Part shown: positions 27,406 through 35,290 of the stretch, one piece after another
Position numbering within the stretch: the stretch's first letter is position 1
Layout: each line of letters starts with the position of its first letter
Assembly: GCA_002495235.1 (NCBI GenBank)
Contig: DAEG01000062.1
Span: 1,358 to 42,384 of the forward strand
Direction: 5' to 3'
From: Euryarchaeota archaeon UBA287
Lineage (GTDB): Archaea > Thermoplasmatota > UBA186 > UBA287
Length of the DNA: 41,027 nt
Made by a program: the position numbers and the translations under genes
Notes under the pieces: generated by a model
Told to the model about the DNA's origin: nothing
Database searches by the model: none
The model's input: the letters and a program-made list of their open reading frames with translations, nothing else

Positions 27406-27706
27406 GCGTTTCTCTCCTGGCGCTGGTCTTTTGTGCAAGCTCTTTTTACGGCGTCTTTAGACCTCTTTTCTGTACCTCTCACTCTCATCATGCGGAACCT
27501 CGTTTGTAGATAGGCAGACTTATTTTTAAATCTTTTTGCATCCCACTGCATTGGCTAGAAACAATCCTGTTAGAACGCTTATAATATAAGCCACGACGGT
27601 GTAAACTTTTGATGATCCTCCTTGTGGGGATCGTTCCCATACAAAAGCGATTGGTTGCGGCTCTTCAAACGGCTAACCTTTTATATTGAGACCGGAATGA
27701 GCGTAT

Positions 27707-28408
27707 ATGAAGGCTCTGGTTAGGGATCTGCTATTGACGCTGCTCACAGTTCTGTGGGCTGCGATAGCTCAGGGCTTTCATGCGCTCACAGAGGGCAGCG
27801 CATCTGTGATCCCTGGCAACCTGATCCTCTGTTCTATCTTCTTTTTTCCTCTGTGGTTCGAGCTGATAAGAAAGAGATCACCATTCGAGCAGTACGGTTT
27901 CAGGATGGACAGGAGTATAGTGCTGAACACGGTTCTGCTGGGTGTGGTCATGCCCCTAATATCGCTGATGGTCATCTCTATTTTTGGCCTTGTTGCAGAG
28001 TACGCAGTGATCTATGCATCCGTGGATCCTCGAATTTCGGGGCTTTCTCACCTCTGGTGGCGGTGTTCGTCCTTTTCCCACAGGCGCTTTACGAAGAGCT
28101 CATATTCGGAGGCTTTCATCCAGTTCAAGATAAATGCCCTGACGCACAGGAGATGGCCCGGCATAGCTGTGCAGTCTATCCTCTTTGTTCTGGTTCATGG
28201 GATCATATTCCCGAGCGCTGCGACAGGAGAGCTCCTGACAGATCCCAGGATAATAGTCATCATGGTGTCCATTGTTCTTCCGAACTCGCTGCTCTTTGGT
28301 ATGGCTGATGAGAGAGCGAGATCAATAGTTCCTTCATGGATCATGCACGGTATCGGACTCGTGGTTTCAACCATATCGGGCTATGGCATAAATTTTTTAG
28401 CGCTCTGA
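27707..28408 (+). CDS. CPBP-family (CAAX/Abi-type) intramembrane protease, apparently disrupted by two compensating frameshifts
   Basis: SILFVLVHG and SWIMHGIG motifs lie in the ORF frame. The expected Glu-Glu motif (PQALYEELIFGGF) is encoded only in the +2 frame, between about 28036 and 28116. Confidence 0.6.
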   Translation: MKALVRDLLLTLLTVLWAAIAQGFHALTEGSASVIPGNLILCSIFFFPLWFELIRKRSPFEQYGFRMDRSIVLNTVLLGVVMPLISLMVISIFGLVAEYAVIYASVDPRISGLSHLWWRCSSFSHRRFTKSSYSEAFIQFKINALTHRRWPGIAVQSILFVLVHGIIFPSAATGELLTDPRIIVIMVSIVLPNSLLFGMADERARSIVPSWIMHGIGLVVSTISGYGINFLAL

Positions 28409-28436
28409 CAGAGGAGCCCGAGATCGCTGAGATCTT

Positions 28437-29768
28437 TCACGCCTTTGAGGCGTAGAGCGCTCCCTTGAAACCGTCCTTCCTGAACTTTGCGTAGACCGTT
28501 ACGCCCTTGAAGATCATGTCGAACAGCATGCCAAGCCATATGCCGAGGATCCCCATATGAAGGACAAATCCAAGGACGTATGCAAAGACAAGCCTGACGG
28601 CGAATCTTCCTATGAGCGTGACGTACATCGGGAACATCGTGTTGCCAGCCCCCCTGAGCGCCCCGGTCATTGAGAAGTCCAGCGCCAGGAATATCTGTGA
28701 GACGCCCATGAGCCTCAGATACAGGCGGCTGGTCTCTATGACCGCCGGCTCTCCGGGCACGAATATCCACGATAGCTGATCCGGGAAGAAAAAGAACGTG
28801 AGTCCGAGAACACCCATCAGAATAACGCTCATTCTGAGAGATTCCTCGGCGGCCCTCTTTGCCTTTTCTTCATCTCCCCTGCCGAGGTTCTGCCCGACAA
28901 GAACGGCAGAACTGGTGTAGAAACCGAAGCCCGGCATGAAGGAGAGAGCCTCTATCCTGTTGCCTATCAGATGCGCAGCGAGGACTACAGGACCCAGAGA
29001 GGACACCATCCCCGTGTATATCATGTTGGACACCTGTATGCCTATCTGTTCCGCGGAGTTTGGAAGACCTATGTACAGTATCTCCCTCCAGTGACGCCTT
29101 TTCATAGAGAGACCCATGCGAAGCGCTCTGTTGCCTGAGGAGAATACCAGAGCGTACATGACGGCGCTCACCGCGAAAGCCATGGTTGTGGCCACAGCGG
29201 CTCCGCCGACCCCCATCTCGGGAAAAGGACCTATGCCAAAGACCAGCAGTACGTCAAACACGGCGTTTAGGGAGTTGGCCACCGCGTCCACGTAGAGTGG
29301 TGTTCTCGTATCGCCCGCTCCCCTGAAGACGTTTGCGCAGAGATAGCCGTACGACATGAATGGCACGCCCAAAAGCACTATTGTCAGGTACTCTCGTGTC
29401 CTATACATCACGACGGGGTCATCGGTCATGACCGAGATGAAGGGATCCTGAGCGATCAGACCCACGATCATCAGAACCACACCTATTATGAGGGACAGAA
29501 GTGAGGACTCCGCGAGGACCTCATTAGCTTCATCGTACTTTTTCATGCCGAAGAAATGCGCGACCACCACCATGGCTCCGGCGGATATTGCTATCATGAC
29601 AGCCTGAAATAGAAAGATCAGTATGTTGGATATGCCTACCGCGTCCACTTCGCGGTATCCTAGCCTGCCTACAACTATCATATCGACCGTTGTGACAAGG
29701 AGCCTGAGAATGTTTGATCCTATAGCGGGAAGGGCTATGTCTATGACCTCTCGTCTGGCGCCGTCCAT
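28437..29768 (-). CDS. MATE-family efflux transporter
   Basis: 12-TM profile. The N-terminus REVIDIALPAIGSNILRLLVTTVDMIVVGRLG and a repeated half-transporter pattern are typical of MATE/NorM-DinF proteins. Confidence 0.85.
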   Translation of the reverse strand: MDGARREVIDIALPAIGSNILRLLVTTVDMIVVGRLGYREVDAVGISNILIFLFQAVMIAISAGAMVVVAHFFGMKKYDEANEVLAESSLLSLIIGVVLMIVGLIAQDPFISVMTDDPVVMYRTREYLTIVLLGVPFMSYGYLCANVFRGAGDTRTPLYVDAVANSLNAVFDVLLVFGIGPFPEMGVGGAAVATTMAFAVSAVMYALVFSSGNRALRMGLSMKRRHWREILYIGLPNSAEQIGIQVSNMIYTGMVSSLGPVVLAAHLIGNRIEALSFMPGFGFYTSSAVLVGQNLGRGDEEKAKRAAEESLRMSVILMGVLGLTFFFFPDQLSWIFVPGEPAVIETSRLYLRLMGVSQIFLALDFSMTGALRGAGNTMFPMYVTLIGRFAVRLVFAYVLGFVLHMGILGIWLGMLFDMIFKGVTVYAKFRKDGFKGALYASKA

Positions 29769-30329
29769 TCAGAACCTGAATTTCTTCAGTCCTTTTCTAA
29801 TTTCCTTATATCTGGGGCAGAGTTCCTCCACTGTCTGCCAGAATAGCTTTGAATGACTGAAATGTATGAGGTGCGCCAGCTCGTGAACCACGAGATATTC
29901 CCGCATCTCTCCGGGGAGACAGGCGATGCGGAAGTTGAATGAGAGCACACCCTTTGCGGAGCAGCTTCCCCAGTACCTCGTGTCAACGATCCTGATCCCC
30001 TTCGGCCTGACGTTCATGAGGTCGGATAGCCGTTTCACGGCATTGTCGAGATATTTTCCGCTCTCTCTGCGCAGAACGCTCTCGCCGTCCCTGCCGCTGA
30101 TCCACTGGCCATCAAAGTAGAACCCGTTCGCCGTGAGTAGCTGTGTCTTATCCGCGCTTTTTCTGTAGATTCTCTCTACGTCCCTGGGGTCAACAAGGTA
30201 GAGCCAGTGCTCGTCAGGCAGGACTATCTCGACTACGTCGCCCTTCATTCGCAGGTATATGTACTTCCTGCTTCTCCCCTTTTTGACCTCGTATTCTACG
30301 GTATTTCCATCTATGTCTATGAATGGCAT
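29769..30329 (-). CDS. YgjP-like (DUF45/M48-related) zinc metallohydrolase
   Basis: YWGSCS and VVHELAHLIHFSHSKLFW (HExxH) motifs. It abuts the MATE start codon directly. Confidence 0.75.
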   Translation of the reverse strand: MPFIDIDGNTVEYEVKKGRSRKYIYLRMKGDVVEIVLPDEHWLYLVDPRDVERIYRKSADKTQLLTANGFYFDGQWISGRDGESVLRRESGKYLDNAVKRLSDLMNVRPKGIRIVDTRYWGSCSAKGVLSFNFRIACLPGEMREYLVVHELAHLIHFSHSKLFWQTVEELCPRYKEIRKGLKKFRF

Positions 30330-30604
30330 GACTCTTCCCTTATCAGCTCTATGATATCATCAGCAGATATGCCTATCGCTTCAACGCCGTCAAAGAAGGA
30401 TCTCACCAGAGTCTCCGCCTCTGTCAGCGTCGTTCCGGACAGTGAGCTCTCGAGAGATGCCAGCCTTTCTTCAGGATAGATGAAGAAGTCCCCTGTCAGC
30501 CTTACTCCCTCTATCCTTCCACCGCTGAACGAAGCGCTGCACCTTATGAGCTTTCCGCTCTTCTTAACGCTGATAGTTCCACTCCCTGCTAACGAACTTT
30601 GTTC
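30317..30604 (-). CDS. lplB: lipoate-protein ligase C-terminal domain protein (LplB-like); stop-to-stop frame with no canonical start
   Basis: Not in the ORF track. My translation of the minus strand gives ...ISVKKSGKLIRCSASFSGGRIEGVRLTGDFFIYPEERLASLESSLSGTTLTEAETLVRSFFDGVEAIGISADDIIELI..., the LplA C-terminal domain pattern with the GDFF motif. The first in-frame ATG/GTG/TTG lies downstream of GDFF. Confidence 0.5.
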   Translation of the reverse strand, partial: EQSSLAGSGTISVKKSGKLIRCSASFSGGRIEGVRLTGDFFIYPEERLASLESSLSGTTLTEAETLVRSFFDGVEAIGISADDIIELIREESCHS

Positions 30605-31319
30605 TCAGCTCTTCCTTTTTATTCCGCTCTTTTTCGCTGAGTTCGCCCAGCATGACGTCCACTCCGAGGCCGGATGAGAAGCCTTTCGCCAGGGCCTCTG
30701 TGATTCTGTCCTTTCCTACATCGCCGAGCTCTCTCTTTATGGACGTAACCCGCGCCTCTGCGCTCTTTATACCCTTGTCAGATATCTTCTCCTTACCTAT
30801 CCTGAGTGCCTTGAACATGAGATCCTCATCTATCTCATAGATGAGAGTGCCGTGCTGCAGCAGGCTGCCCTTCTTCATGGTCTGGGCGCTGCCAGATATC
30901 TTTTTTCCGTTGACCTCCACGTCATTTATGCCTCTGAACTTGGCGTTCAGACCAAGATTCTCCAAGGCTATCACTAGGCAGTTGCACACGAGCTCGAAGG
31001 TCTCTCTCACATTCTTTCCGTTCTTTCCCAATCCCTCGGCAATGCTCTCCCATCTGTCTATAGGGCAGACAAAGCTGTAGGTTATCTCGTCGTCGTGAAA
31101 GACCGCCCCGCCCCCGGTCATCCTGCGCACAACGTCTATGCCGTGGGCTCTGCAGAACTCCTCATCCACTTCGTCACTGATGGACTGGAAGTAGCCTATT
31201 GATACCGCTATCGGTCTCCAGGTGTAAAGCCTGAGAGTCGGCTCGCTGGAGAGCTCCGTCAGCGCGGCATCCTCTGCCATGTTGTTGTAGGCGTCCTGCG
31301 ACTCTACCAGGAGTCTCAT
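30564..31319 (-). CDS. lplA: lipoate-protein ligase A catalytic (N-terminal) domain protein
   Basis: RLYTWRP, VVRRMTGGGAVFHDDEITYS and GKKISGSAQTMKKGSLLQHGTL (catalytic Lys) motifs. It ends at ...SREWNYQR, where full-length LplA continues into the C-terminal domain. ATG 31319 forms an ATGA overlap with the upstream gene. Confidence 0.85.
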   Translation of the reverse strand: MRLLVESQDAYNNMAEDAALTELSSEPTLRLYTWRPIAVSIGYFQSISDEVDEEFCRAHGIDVVRRMTGGGAVFHDDEITYSFVCPIDRWESIAEGLGKNGKNVRETFELVCNCLVIALENLGLNAKFRGINDVEVNGKKISGSAQTMKKGSLLQHGTLIYEIDEDLMFKALRIGKEKISDKGIKSAEARVTSIKRELGDVGKDRITEALAKGFSSGLGVDVMLGELSEKERNKKEELRTKFVSREWNYQR

Positions 31320-32620
31320 AGGCGTTTCAGGGCTTTTCTCATTCTGCTGTCCAGATCGTTTATCTCTTCCTCTGTTATGCACAGGATAGGTCTGAAGCGT
31401 ATCGACTTAACGCCGCAGGCAAGGATGAGCAGCCCCTCCTCAAACGCGAGGTTTCTGAGCTTGTCTCTCGTGTTTCCGTCTGGCAGATCGAAGGCGCACA
31501 TGAGTCCGAGGCCTCTGACGTTGGATATCACAGGGAAATCCTTTTGGAGCTCTGCAAGGGTTTTCTGGAGCTCTTTGCCCATGCGTGATGCATTGTCCAG
31601 GAGATTGTCCTCCCTTATTATATCGAGTATCTCTGTGCCTCTCGCCATGTCCGTGAGGTTGCCGCCCCATGTTGAGTTTATCCTGCTGCTCTCCACGAAG
31701 CAGTTCTTTTCTACTTCATCAACCCTCTTTGTGGCCATGACGCCGCAGACCTGGAGCTTCTTGCCGAAGGCCATGAGATCAGGTGCGACACCGAAGTGCT
31801 CATGGGCCCACATCCTGCCCGTTATGCCCCCACCGCTCTGCACCTCGTCGAATATGAGCAGCATATCATTCTCGTCGCAGACCCTGCGCAGGTACTGGAA
31901 GAACTCCCTGCGGAAATGGTTGTCTCCTCCCTCTCCCTGCACCGGTTCTATTATTACTGCGGCCATGTCCTCTCTGTCCTTTAGGGCCGTTTCTATCTCC
32001 TTCTTTGCTCTCTCCTCAGCCTCCTCCACCTCTTTCAGATGTTCCTCGAGCGGGAATGTTATCTTCGGGTTCGTTATCCGCGGCCAGTCGAACTTCGGGA
32101 AATACATGGTCTTTCTCGGGTCTGCCGTGTTCGTCAGAGACATGGTGTATCCAGTCCTTCCGTGGAAAGCCTCCCTGAAATGGATGATCTTTGTTCCCAG
32201 AGCGCTCCTGCCGCTGGCTAGGTTCTTCCTCACCTTCCAGTCGAAGGAGATCTTGAGGGCGTTCTCAACGGCCAGTGCCCCGCCGTCTATGAAAAAGAAG
32301 TGCTTGAAGTATTCCGGCGTAGCTGTCCTTGCCAGTGCGTCAACGAAGTCCGCATAGTACTGAGTGTATATGTCAGAATTGGCCACCTTGTGCACTGCAG
32401 CCTTGAACACGTAGTCTCTGAACTCCTTATTGTTCAGCCCCGGGTGGTTCATGCCGAGAGCGGATGAGCCGAAAAAGGTGTAGAAATCCAGGTACTTCCT
32501 GCCGTTCCTGGCGTCAACTATGTAACTGCCGTGGCTTTTGTCAAAGTCTATGACAATGTCAAAGCCATCCACCAGTATCCAGCGCTTCAATACATCCATG
32601 ACCGTATCAGGTTCCATCAT
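31316..32620 (-). CDS. class-III PLP aminotransferase, L-lysine 6-transaminase-like
   Basis: The N-terminal LVDGFDIVIDFDKSHGSYIVDARNGRKYLDFYTFFGSSALGMNHPGL closely follows the Lat-family pattern. Also LIFDEVQSGGG and the FGKKLQ PLP-Lys region. Confidence 0.75.
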   Translation of the reverse strand: MMEPDTVMDVLKRWILVDGFDIVIDFDKSHGSYIVDARNGRKYLDFYTFFGSSALGMNHPGLNNKEFRDYVFKAAVHKVANSDIYTQYYADFVDALARTATPEYFKHFFFIDGGALAVENALKISFDWKVRKNLASGRSALGTKIIHFREAFHGRTGYTMSLTNTADPRKTMYFPKFDWPRITNPKITFPLEEHLKEVEEAEERAKKEIETALKDREDMAAVIIEPVQGEGGDNHFRREFFQYLRRVCDENDMLLIFDEVQSGGGITGRMWAHEHFGVAPDLMAFGKKLQVCGVMATKRVDEVEKNCFVESSRINSTWGGNLTDMARGTEILDIIREDNLLDNASRMGKELQKTLAELQKDFPVISNVRGLGLMCAFDLPDGNTRDKLRNLAFEEGLLILACGVKSIRFRPILCITEEEINDLDSRMRKALKRL

Positions 32621-32650
32621 GTTACGAAATTTACATCTCGCTATTTATAC

Positions 32651-33820
32651 TTATCTTTTTCTGCCGTAGGGTTCAACGTGCACTTCTACGTCTCCGGGGA
32701 AGAATGACGATATCTCTTTCTTGAGCTGGTGGACCAGCCCGTGCGCCTCTTCCACGGTCATGGTGCTGTCAACCTGTATGTGAAAATCCACTCTTCCAGA
32801 GACCCTTATCTTGTGGAAGCTTCTGATCTCTCTGTGCCTCCTTATTATGCTGGTTATCTTCCGCTCTATTTCCTCTTCCTCCTTAGTGTGGACGGGCTCA
32901 ACGTGTATGACAGTGCTGTCTATGTCCTTGTATCTCTCGTTTATCTTTTCTTCCACACTCTCGGTTATGGCATGCGCCTTATCCGCGCTCAGTCCTTCCC
33001 CCACCTCGAGGTGCATTGCCAGCACCCCCCGTGGTCCGTAGGAATGTCTGTTTATGTCGTGCACTCCGGTCACACCGTCAACAGACAGGATCAGGTCCTT
33101 CAGCGCTTCGTCATTGTATGCCTCTCCCATCAGCTGGGATGAAGCGCTTCTGACGAACCTGACGCCCACCGAGATTATCATCAGCCCGATGAATATTCCT
33201 GCTATGGCATCCATGTGCTGGAAGCCGGTGAGGTAGTAGACCACGAAAGACGCCAGAACGACCAGCGAGTTCAACACATCTCCCAGGTAGTTGAGGGCAT
33301 TCGCCTCTACGCTCTCGCTCTTCAGCTCTCTGTTTATCGCGTATGAGAATCTCACAAGGAAGTATTTCATCAGAACGTTGAATACAACCACGATCATTGC
33401 CCACAGTTCGACCCACAGTTCGCGAGACATGACTGCGTCTGTGAAAAGTCTCGAGCTGCTCTCATACGCCAGTACTGCCCCGGATATCATGAGCAGCATG
33501 GACAGAATGATTGTGGCTATGCTCTCAAAGCGTCCGTGACCGAACGGGTGCTCTTTGTCAGCCGGCTTGAACGCCACGACAAAGCCCACCAGCATGACCG
33601 CGGCGATCACCACGTCAAACAGGGTGTCTATGCCGTCTCCCACGAGCGCTATGCTCCCTATGAGGATCCCTGTTGCGATCTTTACAATAAAGAGGATGCA
33701 GTTGGCAACGATGTTGAAGATGGAGCTTAGATAGCTTATCCTCCTTTCATCTCCGCCGTATCTCTGAGCTATCCTGTGTGCAAGAGCACCGGAGAGAGCC
33801 ATAACGTTAAATGATCTCAT
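32651..33820 (-). CDS. cation diffusion facilitator (CDF) family metal efflux transporter
   Basis: Six TM spans, the HPFGHGRFES motif, and a C-terminal cytoplasmic domain (VHDINRH...LAMHLEV). Confidence 0.85.
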   Translation of the reverse strand: MRSFNVMALSGALAHRIAQRYGGDERRISYLSSIFNIVANCILFIVKIATGILIGSIALVGDGIDTLFDVVIAAVMLVGFVVAFKPADKEHPFGHGRFESIATIILSMLLMISGAVLAYESSSRLFTDAVMSRELWVELWAMIVVVFNVLMKYFLVRFSYAINRELKSESVEANALNYLGDVLNSLVVLASFVVYYLTGFQHMDAIAGIFIGLMIISVGVRFVRSASSQLMGEAYNDEALKDLILSVDGVTGVHDINRHSYGPRGVLAMHLEVGEGLSADKAHAITESVEEKINERYKDIDSTVIHVEPVHTKEEEEIERKITSIIRRHREIRSFHKIRVSGRVDFHIQVDSTMTVEEAHGLVHQLKKEISSFFPGDVEVHVEPYGRKR

Positions 33821-33831
33821 TACCTTTTAAT

Positions 33832-34917
33832 CTATTCCTTTACCTGTTTGTTTCCCTTCACTCTCGCTCTGACATACCCGTATGAGACGACCCCCGCGAC
33901 GACTATCCCTATGCCGAGGGCTATCTCAACTATCACAGGAACGAACATCCCTGAGGTGTAAGGCACCCCCTCAATGGAGTACCTGATTATGTTGGTGGAG
34001 CCCAGGACTATGAACCACATGGCCGCAATGGAGAAGAAGAACACCCAGTAGGATATCAGGACCTCCCTCTCCGTTATGTAGGCCTCTATGACCCTGCCCG
34101 CGCCGCTGGTGGCGAGCGCTATGACCACCCATACGATCTCCCTGTCCACGAAGGAAAGGATCTCATCGTAGGCCCATCTCTTAAAGGACGTCGATGTCAC
34201 TATGGAATTGTAGATGTATATGAAGCTCCCTGCGAGGAGTATCACGCTTATGAGCTGCATGAAAAACGATACCTTGCCCGTTGTGACGCTCCTCCAGAAA
34301 TAGCGCAGCAGTTTGAACATCGGGTTTGACATGAGATATGCTCCCACAAGCACTGCGATTATCGGCAGGAGTGTGAGCTCCATCCTGTTGAGGATCTCAA
34401 AGAGTCCGGCAACCAGCAGGACGAGAGCCACAGGAACTATGAGTCTTATCTGGGTCTTTTCATCCTCGAAGAATTTCTTTATCACGTAATAGGTGTCCTC
34501 TATGCTCTTGCTCTGCTTAACAACGATCCTGCGCACAGAGGCGACCTTTATCCTGGACGTTATTATCGGAAGTATGTACTCGTCCTCAGCGCCGTCGCTG
34601 ACCAGAAAGACCTCGTCCGCTTTTGTCCTCTCTATGACTTCCTCGAGCTCCTTGGCAAGCTTCCTGTCGCTCTCTATGCCGACCGACCTGCTCCCGCATA
34701 TCAGCGCGACATCTGTTTCATAGCCTTTTCCTACAAGATCGTCGTATATGCTTATCGCTCCGAACATCGCGTTCGTGTCAGCCTCTTCAGGATCGGCGGT
34801 GCCGAGCGCTATGACTGCTTTCAGGTTCTCCTCCCTACCAACTATGGGAGAGTGTATCCCTGTTTTCCTTCCGAGGTCATCATCCCTGTCGACGCAGAGG
34901 ACAAGAATCACAATCAT
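33832..34917 (-). CDS. DUF373-family archaeal membrane protein
   Basis: The N-terminus MIVILVLCVDRDDDLGRKTGIHSPIVGREENL...GTADPEEADTNAMFGAISIYDDL is typical of DUF373, followed by TM spans. ATG 34917 is preferred over the listed longer ORF. Confidence 0.75.
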   Translation of the reverse strand: MIVILVLCVDRDDDLGRKTGIHSPIVGREENLKAVIALGTADPEEADTNAMFGAISIYDDLVGKGYETDVALICGSRSVGIESDRKLAKELEEVIERTKADEVFLVSDGAEDEYILPIITSRIKVASVRRIVVKQSKSIEDTYYVIKKFFEDEKTQIRLIVPVALVLLVAGLFEILNRMELTLLPIIAVLVGAYLMSNPMFKLLRYFWRSVTTGKVSFFMQLISVILLAGSFIYIYNSIVTSTSFKRWAYDEILSFVDREIVWVVIALATSGAGRVIEAYITEREVLISYWVFFFSIAAMWFIVLGSTNIIRYSIEGVPYTSGMFVPVIVEIALGIGIVVAGVVSYGYVRARVKGNKQVKE

Positions 34918-34987
34918 AAACCTTTTTTTGCTATTTATTCTTTTGTTTTGGAAAGTGATATAGACAGAGAAGGATATATTGCAGTGC

Positions 34988-35287
34988 ATGGAAGGAAGGC
35001 TATACCGATATCATTTTAGAATAGTCCTATCAACAACCAGGTCGCTCGATGAAGAAGAGCGAAGGCATCTGGATGCTCTGATGAAGGAGCTTATGAAGAA
35101 GTCGGGGTTTGAGATGAAAAAGATCGCGATTCACAGGAATGCGGCATCTCTGGATTTTATCGGGGATGAGGAACAGGACGCAGAGAAGCTCGTAAGGGCG
35201 AGCGAGGCAGCATTTGGCTCTGGTCTGTGGTCGGACTTCAAAGTCCAAAAGACCATAGTGATCGATGGAAAAACCCTGATCCCGTGA
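34988..35287 (+). CDS. small hypothetical protein
   Basis: A 99-aa soluble ORF with host-like codon usage. No motif recognised. ATG 34988 is in frame with the listed TTG 34979. Confidence 0.45.
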   Translation: MEGRLYRYHFRIVLSTTRSLDEEERRHLDALMKELMKKSGFEMKKIAIHRNAASLDFIGDEEQDAEKLVRASEAAFGSGLWSDFKVQKTIVIDGKTLIP

Positions 35288-35290
35288 GGC

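Larger units (their letters stand above)
20700..27600. other. AT-rich genomic island carrying a two-gene restriction-modification-like defence module
   Basis: Hand counts of single 60-nt lines give about 25-45% GC over most of the island, against about 50-70% in sampled flanking host lines. Island proteins are rich in K/N/I/F/Y, while host proteins are rich in A/R/G/E/L. No integrase, tRNA or obvious flanking repeats seen. Confidence 0.7.

Noticed and set aside
20742-27438. Classifying the island as BREX, DISARM or a standard Type I/III R-M system.
   Set aside because: No PglZ, BrxC/BrxL, DrmA/DrmB(DUF1998), HsdS/HsdR or PD-(D/E)xK Res-type gene is present in the island or within the window. 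Only two genes exist between clearly host-like flanks.
27754-28308. A 184-aa plus-strand ORF overlapping the CPBP gene, considered as a possible independent gene.
   Set aside because: Only about 27 residues of it (NFGAFSPLVAVFVLFPQALYEELIFGGF) look meaningful, and these are the missing CPBP motif. The rest is Arg/Cys/His-rich noise. It is better explained as the displaced frame of the CPBP gene.
29769-30329. The DUF45/YgjP-like metallohydrolase as a third component of the defence system (such genes sometimes accompany Type I R-M loci).
   Set aside because: It lies about 2.3 kb away, beyond two host-composition genes (CPBP and MATE). It has host-like GC and is translationally chained to lplB and the MATE gene rather than to the island.
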